A DNA stretch of 64,000 bases from Octopus vulgaris (taxonomy: Eukaryota): positions 16,678,001-16,742,000 of the forward strand of contig OX597837.1 of assembly GCA_951406725.2 (NCBI GenBank), given 5' to 3'. The translations under genes and the position numbers were made by a program. The notes beneath the pieces are model-generated. The model did no database searches and was not told where the DNA came from. It was given only the letters and a program-made list of their open reading frames with translations. This document shows, piece by piece, positions 44,081 through 64,000 of the stretch; position 1 is the stretch's first letter; the number at the start of each line of letters is the position of its first letter.

Positions 44081-47000
44081 TTGATTGATTGATTGATTGA
44101 TTGATTCTAGTTTCAGCTTATGAGCTGTGGCCATGCTGGGGCACCGCCATTTGGTGTCGCTACTTGGTTTCACATCATGGAGGCTTTCTAGCAACTGCTA
44201 TTTGGTGCATGAGAGAGTTCGATGCAGCTGCCCTCATCTGCCCCTCCTGCCGTGAAGTTGGTTCATCTGGGACATCTGACAGGAAGAGATCCAGCTTCAT
44301 TTTAAAGACATTTGTATCCACCCCATGCAGGTCTCTCAGGTTCTTCGGGAGGATATTGAAGAGCTGTGGGCCTCGGAAGCCCAGGCTATCACAGAATCTT
44401 GTCCTACATCTTGATGGCAGGTTTGGAGTCCTAGGCACCACGCAGTGGCGCCCAGTTCTGGCATTTGCGTAACTCTCGATGCCAAAGTTCAGGACACTTC
44501 CCTCCAGGATCTTCCAGATGTATATTATGGCATATCTTTCCCGCCTACGCTCCAGGGAATATAATTTTAATCTCTTGAGTCTTTCCCAGTAGCTTACATT
44601 CTGCATAGAGGCTATCTTCTTTGTGTAGCTTCGTTGGATCGCCTCAAGTTCTGTGATCAACTTGACACTGGATGGTGACCATAGCTGAGAGCAATAGTCA
44701 AAGTGGCTTAGGACAAGTGTCTTCCAGAGGACCATCATGGTTTCTTGTTCTCTTGTTCTAAAGGTTCTAAGAATCCATCCAGCCAGCCGTCTACATTTCA
44801 TTGTCAGTTTAGCAACATGTACATGAAAGGTCGCGTCATCACTCATGTGAATACCAAGGTCACGCACTGATTGTGCCTCTGGGATTGCAATCCCTCCGGG
44901 TCCAGTGTATTCATTGGGTATTGCATTCAGTTTTGCATGCTGATAGTATAAAGCTTGAAACTTTCCAGCATTGAACTGCATGCTATTCTTTTCAGCCCAC
45001 TTGTATATTTCGTCCAGCTCACATTGCAGGTGTTTAGTGTCCTCAGGGTTCTGTATTGCCTGTGAGACTTTTGTATCATCTGCATAACTTGTGATCGTGG
45101 CTCTCTGCGTGGCTGAGGGCATGTCTGAGATTGCCATTATGAACAGTAGTGGTCCCAGAACAGTGCCCTGCGGAACACCGCTCACTATTTGTGTGTTAAT
45201 GGAGGTGGCCCCATTGGCTACTACCACCTGACTTCTATCCTTCAGAAAGTCATGAAGCCATTCTCCCAGTTTTCCAACTATGTTGAGATCACGCAGTTTG
45301 TGACATATCATTCCATGATCGACTTTATCAAAGGCCTTTGCAAAGTCGAGATATATCACTTCCACATTTGAGTGGTTGAGCAGCCGTTTCAGCACCCAGT
45401 CATAGTGTTGTAGGAGCTGAGTTAAACAGCTTCTCCCTGGTCGGAAACCATGTTGGGTGTCGGGCAGCAGGTCATTCTCTTCAAGGAAGGTGATCAGCTT
45501 CCTTCTGACTATTCGTTCCATGACCTTGCTGATGTGTGAGGTCAGAGAGATAGGTCTATAGTTCTTGGCTTCCGCTCTGCTACCTCCTTTATGAATGGGG
45601 CATATTTTACCTTCCTTCAGTTTTCCTGGAAGTTTGCCAGCTGCAAGGAAGCTCTGAAAGAGGAACTGCAGTGGTCTTGCTAGGACTCTCTTACATGCTT
45701 TTAGGAGGATTGCCGGGAATCCATCGGGGCCAGTAGCTGAGTCTGTTTTCATTTCATCTATAGCCTTGGTTACATCGTCTTCCTTTATATCGATGTAATC
45801 TATCGTCGCCGCCTCTGATTTTATATCTGCAGTGGTAAAAAAGTCAGTTGGATTGGTGATTTGGAGATGCCCAAGGGGTGGAGTGAAAACACTCTTGAAT
45901 TGCTCATTCAGTATTTCACTTACCCTCATTGGTTTTCCTGTAAGTGTGCCATCCTTTTCAAGGAGTGGCCCTATTCTACAGTGCACTGTAGCTGTTTCTT
46001 TGGCATACCTGTAGAAAGCTCTGGGGTTAGATTTTATGTTTTCTATAGCCCAGGCTTCTTTGTCTGCTCTTTCTTTTTCATGGGAGAGTTGCAGACATTT
46101 TTCGATTTCCAACAGTTTTATTTTTAGGCGGGACTTTTCACTGCTTTCAATCTGTTTGTTTAGGCGATTTGAAAATTTCGTACGCCGTCTCATTAAAATT
46201 TTCCTCTCTCTGGGGATTTTGTTCTTGTGTACAGTGGCCTTTCTCTCTGGGACACATTTGTAGCATATGGCTTGCATTACAGACATGAATTGTTGAAGTT
46301 TCACATCGATGTCTGGCGAGGAGAGACATTCAGGCCAGTTTTGTTTGAGGATCTCTTTCTCAATTTGTTTCCAGTTTGCCTTATGGTAGTTCAAGCTGGA
46401 AAGATTTTGAGGGTTTCTTGTAGGCTGCATGTCCGTGCTCTCTTTTGGCCCGTACATGGTCAGCTCTATCATGTTGTGATCCGAGAGTAGTGTCGGTGTC
46501 ACTTTCACATTATGGATGAGATCCATGTCATTTGTGAAGCAGAGATCCAGTGTGTTACCTGCCCTGGTTGGTTGGAGTATTACCTGCTCCATGTACAGGG
46601 TGTTGATGAGGTTCAGGAGGGACCTCGCCTGTCCTCGTTCACATCTTGTCATTCCTGGGAGAGAAAGGCCCTCGGGCCATCTGACATTGGGCAGATTGAA
46701 GTCTCCCATAAGAAGCACACCTATGTGTTGTTCTAATGTGGTTAGAATTTCTTCTATTTTTATAAGGCAGTCTTCGAACTTGCCCACATGGCTTGGGGCA
46801 TCTGGAGGGCGATATGTAGCACACACAACTACATCAAGTTGCCTTATGTGTACAATTAGTGTGTCACACACCGAGTTTGAGTATGACAAGAGGACCTGGG
46901 GTGTGAGGTCCTCACGGATGTACATAGCAACACCTCCATGACTCCTTTCTTTCCTGTCGGTCCGTAGTACAGCATACTGTGGTATGTGTAACTCCGCATC

Positions 47001-47338
47001 TGCTATGTCCGGTTTCAGGTGCGTTTCTGTAAGTGCTATGCATAAGGCTTGATTGCATGCAACAAAGTCTCTCAGGAACGGGATCTTTGTCCTGTTACTG
47101 AGTGTTTGCAGTCCTCTGATGTTCAGTAGGAGTATCGAGGTGAGGTGTACGTTGTTGCCGGCGGTGTCCATCCTGTGTCTGTTTGCTGTGGTGGTCTGGT
47201 ATATAGTGGGTAGTCCCACCTGCGGGCTTGGGTTTGATGAAGCCAGGTCAGCTGCTGTACAATCTTTTGTGCCATGCACAAAAAAGATTGTTGCTCAGCA
47301 GCTGCTCTTTCGACAACATCATGTTTCGACAACATCAT
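44081..47338 (-). mobile_element. CR1-group LINE, 5'-truncated near the ORF1/ORF2 boundary, (AATC)n tail, embedded in (TA)n
   Basis: Intact APE-RT ORF, short 3' UTR with stem-loop, (TTGA)n on plus strand at 44081-44106. Confidence 0.92.
44175..47171 (-). CDS. Intact AP endonuclease-reverse transcriptase, 998 aa from first ATG (frame open from 47279)
   Basis: LNIRGL, LTETHL, GDFNLP, LDL, SDHN; [40 protein letters not shown]; [15 protein letters not shown]; no stops. Confidence 0.93.
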   Translation of the reverse strand: MDTAGNNVHLTSILLLNIRGLQTLSNRTKIPFLRDFVACNQALCIALTETHLKPDIADAELHIPQYAVLRTDRKERSHGGVAMYIREDLTPQVLLSYSNSVCDTLIVHIRQLDVVVCATYRPPDAPSHVGKFEDCLIKIEEILTTLEQHIGVLLMGDFNLPNVRWPEGLSLPGMTRCERGQARSLLNLINTLYMEQVILQPTRAGNTLDLCFTNDMDLIHNVKVTPTLLSDHNMIELTMYGPKESTDMQPTRNPQNLSSLNYHKANWKQIEKEILKQNWPECLSSPDIDVKLQQFMSVMQAICYKCVPERKATVHKNKIPRERKILMRRRTKFSNRLNKQIESSEKSRLKIKLLEIEKCLQLSHEKERADKEAWAIENIKSNPRAFYRYAKETATVHCRIGPLLEKDGTLTGKPMRVSEILNEQFKSVFTPPLGHLQITNPTDFFTTADIKSEAATIDYIDIKEDDVTKAIDEMKTDSATGPDGFPAILLKACKRVLARPLQFLFQSFLAAGKLPGKLKEGKICPIHKGGSRAEAKNYRPISLTSHISKVMERIVRRKLITFLEENDLLPDTQHGFRPGRSCLTQLLQHYDWVLKRLLNHSNVEVIYLDFAKAFDKVDHGMICHKLRDLNIVGKLGEWLHDFLKDRSQVVVANGATSINTQIVSGVPQGTVLGPLLFIMAISDMPSATQRATITSYADDTKVSQAIQNPEDTKHLQCELDEIYKWAEKNSMQFNAGKFQALYYQHAKLNAIPNEYTGPGGIAIPEAQSVRDLGIHMSDDATFHVHVAKLTMKCRRLAGWILRTFRTREQETMMVLWKTLVLSHFDYCSQLWSPSSVKLITELEAIQRSYTKKIASMQNVSYWERLKRLKLYSLERRRERYAIIYIWKILEGSVLNFGIESYANARTGRHCVVPRTPNLPSRCRTRFCDSLGFRGPQLFNILPKNLRDLHGVDTNVFKMKLDLFLSDVPDEPTSRQEGQMRAAASNSLMHQIAVARKPP

Positions 47339-50596
<3,258 letters not shown>

Positions 50597-50597
<1 letters not shown>

Positions 50598-50768
50598 TTC
50601 CTTCAAGAAATCCCGGATAAACCCCCTACACCCGGATATGTCTCTGTAAACAATAACTTTCTACTTGAGTGGGCCATAGTGCCCAAATTCTGACTTGAAA
50701 GACTTCACCAGGTGGTGCTATTAAGTTAGACATGGCCTGGGCCAATAATGGCCGAAACCTATCAAAGT
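50597..50768 (+). mobile_element. About 170-bp 3'-terminal LINE fragment, same family as 51221-52392
   Basis: [29 protein letters not shown] plus 3' UTR; two substitutions versus 52213-52384. Confidence 0.9.
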
Positions 50769-56186
<5,418 letters not shown>

Positions 56187-57882
56187 TTAGATCAGATTTA
56201 TATATATGTATATGTGTGTATGATTCGATGTCCCCAAAACCGCTTGACAAGCGATGCCGGTGATTTTTACACTCCATCAACTTATCCGTTCGGGAAAAGA
56301 AGACCAACAGAATAAATACTAGACTGATGTAGATTAAAGTCCTAGTGTCGAGTTGCTCAAGAAAAGGATGTGCTCTAGCATGGCCACGGTGAAATGACTT
56401 AACCAGGAAAAGAGTAAAAGTAAATGTAAGGGAAGTAACTGTGGAAGATTTTCTAGTTATCTCCCTTTCTAGAGTTACTCCCCTAGCATATTATTAGTTA
56501 TTAAATTATAATATGCAAGGTAAGTAACTCTACAAAGGAAGATAACTCCAAAATCTTCCTGGGTTACTTCCCTCACATATACTGGTAATTGTTAAACATA
56601 CTAGGCAAGGGAAGTAACTCTAGAAAGGGAGATAATTACAAAATCTTCCAGAGTTACTTCCCTCAAATGTATCAGTCTTTGTGTACGTGAAACTGTTTTT
56701 ATTTGTGTGTGTGAGTGTCGGTAGTTTCATTTCAGTGTTTGTGTTTGTGTGATTGTTTTTATTTCTGTGTGTATGTGTGTGTGAGCCTATGTGCGTTTTT
56801 ATTCGTTTGTGTGTGTGCGACATTTACAGCTACAACAAACACTTTAAGCATCTCTAAGATACCCACATTTGCAAATCACTAGCTGCTACATGAAAAGAAG
56901 TTCAATTTATTGCGACTTCAGATTTGCGATTGTTAAGCACCCAATGCTCCCTGTATCTACATACCTAGTACTGGCTTTGCAGTGAAATCTAGTCAAGCAA
57001 TTTGTCCCCTTTTTTGTTAAATCGTGTTGGAACCGGTGGATAAGAGTAGACAGTTTGGCCATTGTCTTCGATTGACTGTAGTTGTTGATGTTTTAACCGA
57101 TGTTTTACTCCCTGTATTTTAGCGGTTCGGCAAAAGAGAACAAGTTCGAATAAATACTATGCTTACAACGAATAAGTGGTGCGGACGATGTGCTCGACTA
57201 AAGGCGGCGCTCCAGTATTTATATATATATATATATATATATTTACATAGATATACGTGTATATACCCACATACGCATATATACTATCTAAAACAAAAGA
57301 AACTTGATTATGTCATTATTACTTTATTACATATATTACTTTATTACAGATATTACATGAAACGTATTATATGACGTTAGGGAAGTAACTCAAGGAGATA
57401 TTTTCTGCTATCTCCCTAGTGAACAGGTCAGACTTTTCTCGTTATTTACTCTTTTACTCTCATTTACTTGTTTCAGTCATTTGACTGTGGCCATGTTGCA
57501 CCACCACCTTTAGTCGAGAATATCGACCCCAGGACTTATTCTTTGTAGGCCTAGTACTTATTCTATCAGTCTCTTTCGCTGAACCTCTAAGTTATGGGGA
57601 CGTAAACAGACTAGCATCCGTTGTGTAGCAATGTTTGGGGACAAACAGGCACACACACGCACACATATAAACATATATATGACTGGAGTTTTCCAGTTTC
57701 CTTCCACCAAATCCAATCACAAGGCTTTGGTCGGCTCGCGGCTATAGTAGATTTTTCAAACGATGCTGGTGTGTTTTCCTCCCTGTATTTCAGCGGCTCG
57801 GCAGAAAAGAATAAGTTAGAATAAATACTAGACTTAGAAAGAATAAGTGCTGCTGACTATGTGCTCGAAGAAGATAGATTGG

Positions 57883-57885
<3 letters not shown>
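56187..57885 (+). repeat. Subtelomere-like unit copy (SINE remnants and palindromic GGGAAGTAACT motifs)
   Basis: 56190-56420 matches 59745-59972; 56690-57640 matches 34540-35560; 57660-57885 matches 40605-40820. Confidence 0.85.
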
Positions 57886-57914
<29 letters not shown>

Positions 57915-57935
57915 AAGATATATCAGATATATATA

Positions 57936-59709
57936 TAAACTTAGATAAACTTAGATATGTTTCGACCAAAGATTGGTCCAGGCCATGTCTAACTTAATAG
58001 CACCACCTGATAGGATTATTTGAATCCTGTTTAAGTCAAGTTTTGTTCAAGTAGTGAGTTCTTGTTGGGTGAGTTGTATCCAGTTTTGTTGAAGTAGTGA
58101 GTTCCTGTTGGGTGAGTTGTATCCAATTATGGATGGCTTATCTGGTATTCTTTGAAGGAATCTATCCAGACTCTGTTTCAAGTTGATGGGATCCTTTTCC
58201 TGTTTGATCTCTCTCGGGAGAATGTTAAATAGGGCAGGGCCTGTTGAGGAAAAGAAATTATGTTGCAGTGTACATGTATGTTGTGATCTTGAATTGGGCT
58301 TGGGACGTATAGCCCGCGGTCCAAGTCTTGGATGATCCTTGAAGCTAATGTTTAGGTCGTTTGGGCATAGTTGGCGGTATATTTTCCACATCGTACAAAT
58401 GATGTCCCGCTCACGGCGACGCTTGAGGGAGTAAAGTTTCAAGGCTTTAAGGCGATCCCAATAATCTAGAGCAGCCATGCCTTCAATTCGTTTAGTGAGT
58501 GCCCTCTTGGGTGACTCAATTCTGGAGATGTTTTGTCTTGTTTGAGGAGACCACAGTGGGCAGCAGTATTCAAGGTGTGGCCGTACAAAGGAGGAAAAAA
58601 GTGGTATGATGACACTTTGTTCTCTGGACCGGAAAGTTCTTAAGATCCAGGAACTCATCCTACGAGCTATATCGACCTTCTTGTTGATGTGTGCACTCCA
58701 ACTGAGATCGTCATCAACAATTACACCCAGGTCTCTGATATTGTTAGAGGCTGTGAGCGGTTCCCCTGAAGGAAGAGAGTATGGCTGTTTTAGTGAGGAG
58801 TTTCTTCCAAAATGCATCAGCTCAAATTTTCCCTCGTTTAGTTGCATTTTGTTTCTGTTTGCCCATTGACTCACAGCATATAGATCAGACTGGAGTTGAG
58901 TTCGGTCTGCTTCTTCATTGACGATTTGCTGGAGCTTGGTGTCATCAGCAAATATTTTCACTTTGCAGTAATGTACGACACTGGAAAGGTCGTTTATTTA
59001 GATTATGAAGAGTAGCAGACCCAAGACAGTCCTCTGGGGGACACCGCTGATGACTTTTGCTGTCCTTGAGTGGACTCCATCAACTACAACATGTTGTGTT
59101 CTATTCGCCAGGAAATTCTTGATCCAGTGTAGAACTTTTCCACGGATTCCAACATTTGCCAATTTTGAGAGTAGGATATTATGGTTTACCCTGTCGAACG
59201 CTTTACTGAAGTCAAGATATATGACATCAGAGTTCGAACCTGTTCCCAAGGCTTTGAGTACATCTTCAATGTGGTGTAAGAGCTGTGTTAGACTTCCCTG
59301 CCACAGCGAAAGCCATGCTGATTTGCATTTAGTAGTTTCTGGGTCTCCAGGAAGTCAGACATCCTTGATCTTAACACTCTTTCAAACACTTTGATGATGT
59401 GGGAGGTGAGTGAGATTGGGCGATAGTTGAGTGCGAGGGATCTGTTTCCCTGTTTGAAAACCGGGATGACTGACTGGGATAGAAACTGTTATGGTATATA
59501 ACCTGCATCTAATGAATTTCTCCATAGGTTGTCAGTGGGACAGCAAGTTGGTGTTTACATTCCTTCAGGAGACGAACGGGGAATCTATCAGGGCCTACAG
59601 CAGAGTAGTATTTGACCTCATTTATTGCTGCTACGATGTCAGTGGGAGTGAAGGTTATGTCTGCAATTTTGTGTTGGGAGTCACTAAAGACAGCAGTATT
59701 GTTTCTGCA
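57936..59709 (-). mobile_element. 5'-truncated, frameshifted CR1-group LINE with (ATCTAAGTTT)2 tail, flanked by short TA runs
   Basis: AVGPDRFPVRLLKECK, YLDFSKAFD, SGVPQ, FADD, YSLKRRRER; 43-bp-period duplication at 58049-58125; 3' UTR related to 52310-52392. Confidence 0.9.
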
Positions 59710-60054
59710 ATATATATATAGAGAGAAACATGTATATACATATAGATATTTATATATATGTATATGTGTGTATGTTTCGGTGTCCCCAAAACCGCTTGAC
59801 AACCAATGCCGGTGTTTTTTACACTCCATTAACTTATCCGTTCGGGAAAAGAAGACCAACAGATTTAATACTAGACTGACGTAGATAAAAGTCTTAGTGT
59901 CGATTTGCTGTAGAAAAGGCTGTGCTCCAGCATTGGCACAGTGAAATGACTAAACAAGGAAAAGAGTAAAAGTGTGTGCGTTACGTCTGAACATTATATT
60001 GTAGAGTTAATTAGCTTCCACAATACATTTTGATGATAGTCATGTAACTAAATG

Positions 60055-60356
60055 CAAGGGAGGTAACTTTTGAAGCTTTTCAGTTATCTCCCTTTCTAGA
60101 GTTACTCACCTTTAATATTATAATTTAATAATACATAATAGTAATTTAATTAGATGTAAGGGAAGTAACTCTGGAAGATTTTGGAGTTATCTTCCTTCGT
60201 AGAGTTACTTACCTTTCATATTATAATATGCAAGGGAAATAACTAAAAAAATCTTTCAGAGTTACCTCCCTTACATCTAATCAACTTATAATATTCAAGG
60301 AAAGTAACTCCAGGAAGGGAAATAGGTACAAAATTTTCTAGAGTTACTTCCCCTAC
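60055..60356. repeat. Telomere-adjacent cluster of inverted AAGGGAAGTAACT / AGTTATCTCCCTT motifs
   Basis: About ten degenerate motif copies in both orientations directly before TTAGGG. Confidence 0.7.
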
Positions 60357-60373
60357 ATGTTATTACGTTACGA

Positions 60374-60735
60374 TTAGGGTTAGGGGGTTAGGTTTAGGGT
60401 CGGGGTTGGGGTTAGGGTTAGGGTTACGGGTTTGGGTTTAGGGTTTTGGGTTAGGGTGAGGGGTTGGGTTAGGGTTAGGGTTAGGGTTGGTTAGGGTTGG
60501 GTTAGTTTGGGTTAGGGGTTAGGGTTAGGGTTTGGGTTAGGGTTTAGGGTTGGGGTTTGGGTTAGGGTTGGGGTTGGGTTTAGGGTTAGGGGTTTGGGTT
60601 AGGGTTAGGGTTAGGGTTAGGGTTAGGGTTAGGGTTAGGGTTAGGGTTAGGGTTAGGGTTAGGGTTAGGGTTGGGGTTGGGTTAGGGTTAGGGTTAGGGG
60701 TTAGGGTTAGGGTTAGGGTTAGGGTTAGGGTGGGG
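60374..60735 (+). repeat. Telomeric (TTAGGG)n tract, degenerate proximally
   Basis: Variant TTGGG/TTTAGGG/TTGGGG units, pure run about 60599-60670, ends at the gap. Confidence 0.95.
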
Positions 60736-60835
60736 NNNNNNNNNNNNNNNNNNNNNNNNNNNNNNNNNNNNNNNNNNNNNNNNNNNNNNNNNNNNNNNNN
60801 NNNNNNNNNNNNNNNNNNNNNNNNNNNNNNNNNNN
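60736..60835. other. Assembly gap (100 N)
   Basis: Run of N. Confidence 1.
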
Positions 60836-62007
60836 TGTTTCAGCCATCCGGCTGAGGCCATGCTGGGGCACCGCCACTTGTTGCTACCCTCTCTAAGTCC
60901 AGTTTGCCGTGGCTGGCCACTGATCTAAGAGAGAGTTTGTAGCTGCTGCCCTTAGGTTACCTTCGTACCTTGCAGTGGGTTCATCTGGGATCCCGGAAAG
61001 CAGCTTGTCTAGATGTTTTTTGAAAATGTCCACATCCGCATCATGTAGATCTCTTAGTTTTCTTGGCAGTTTGTTGAACAGCTGAGGGCCCCTGAACCCC
61101 AGGCTATTACAGTATCTGCTCCTTACCCTGGATGTGGAAGACGGGACCTTTGGCACCACACAGTGACGACCTGTACGGGGATTGGAACAGCTCTCAATTC
61201 CAAAATTTGGTGCTAGTCCCTCCAGGATTTTCCATATGTATATCACTGCATATCTCTCTCGTCTTCGTTCCAAGGAGTACAAATTGAGTTCCCTAAGCCT
61301 CTCCCAATAGTTCTTTTCTTTCATGGTGGAAATCCTCTTGGTGAAATGTCTTTGGATTGTCTCAAGCTCTGTGGTTAGTTTGACACTATGCGGTGACCAC
61401 AGTTGGGAGCAGTAGTCTAGGCGGCTTAGGACAAATGTCCTCCATAGTGTCAACATGGTCTCGCAGTCTCTTGTCCGGAATGTCCTCAGGATCCAGCCAG
61501 TGAGTCGTCTGCACATTGTCGCCACCTTCGCGATGTGTGAAGAAAAAGATGCATCGTCACTCATGTCTATCCCCAGGTCCCGTATTGATTTCGATACTGG
61601 GATTTCGATCCCTCCTGGACCAGTATAGTTGTGTTGTAATGTATATGTGTTTACAGCTTGATATTGTAAGGCTTGAAATTTACCAGCATTAAATTGCATG
61701 TTGTTGTCTTCAGCCCATTTGTATATGGCATCCAGATCTTGTTGTAAAAGGTCAGCATCAGCTGGGTTTTTGATTGCCTGTGCTACCTTTGTGTCATCAG
61801 CATAGCTAGTGAGGGATGTTGTTTGTGCTACCAAGGGCATGTCAGAGAGCGCCACCAAAAACAGCAAGGGTACTGTGCCCTGTGGCACCCCGCTTGCTAT
61901 TGGTGTCTTTCCCGAGAGGGCTCCATTGGCTGCAACCATCTGGCTTCTGTCCTTCAGGAAGTCATGTATCCACTCACCTACTTTTCCTGTTATGCCGAGT
62001 CTGAGTA
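60836..62007 (-). mobile_element. 5'-truncated CR1-group LINE (RT C-half), sister family of 44081-47338
   Basis: [41 protein letters not shown], stop at 60893; 5' end joins (TA)n. Confidence 0.92.

Positions 62008-64000
<1,993 letters not shown>

Noticed and set aside
60550-60855. VR/GL dipeptide ORF
   Set aside because: Translation of TTAGGG running into the N gap

Overview
AT-rich eukaryotic DNA, almost entirely repeats; no intact host gene is supportable. The dominant tRNA-derived SINE and the microsatellite load suggest an octopod cephalopod (inference from recalled repeat sequences). 1-26 kb holds decayed transposons: Merlin, two Tc1, RTE LINE pieces, a Tc1/mariner-type MITE, Helitron-like elements, an internally deleted Gypsy and a Penelope GIY-YIG fragment. 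26-36 kb and 56-60 kb are tandem/segmental copies of a subtelomere-like unit carrying a palindromic AAGGGAAGTAACT/AGTTATCTCCCTT motif. 35.6-40.6 kb is a near-full-length two-ORF CR1-like LINE. 40.8-56.2 kb and 62-64 kb are multi-kb (TA)n arrays studded with 5'-truncated CR1-group LINEs, one with an intact APE-RT ORF. A (TTAGGG)n tract at 60374-60735 abuts a 100-N gap. Best leads: (1) the same TA tract in two paralogous unit copies was independently invaded by different LINEs, suggesting TA-array targeting; (2) four LINE families and the SINE share a 3' motif whose stem-loop shows compensatory changes; (3) the CR1 ORF1/ORF2 overlap contains two in-frame canonical -1 frameshift heptamers and ORF2 has no usable AUG.
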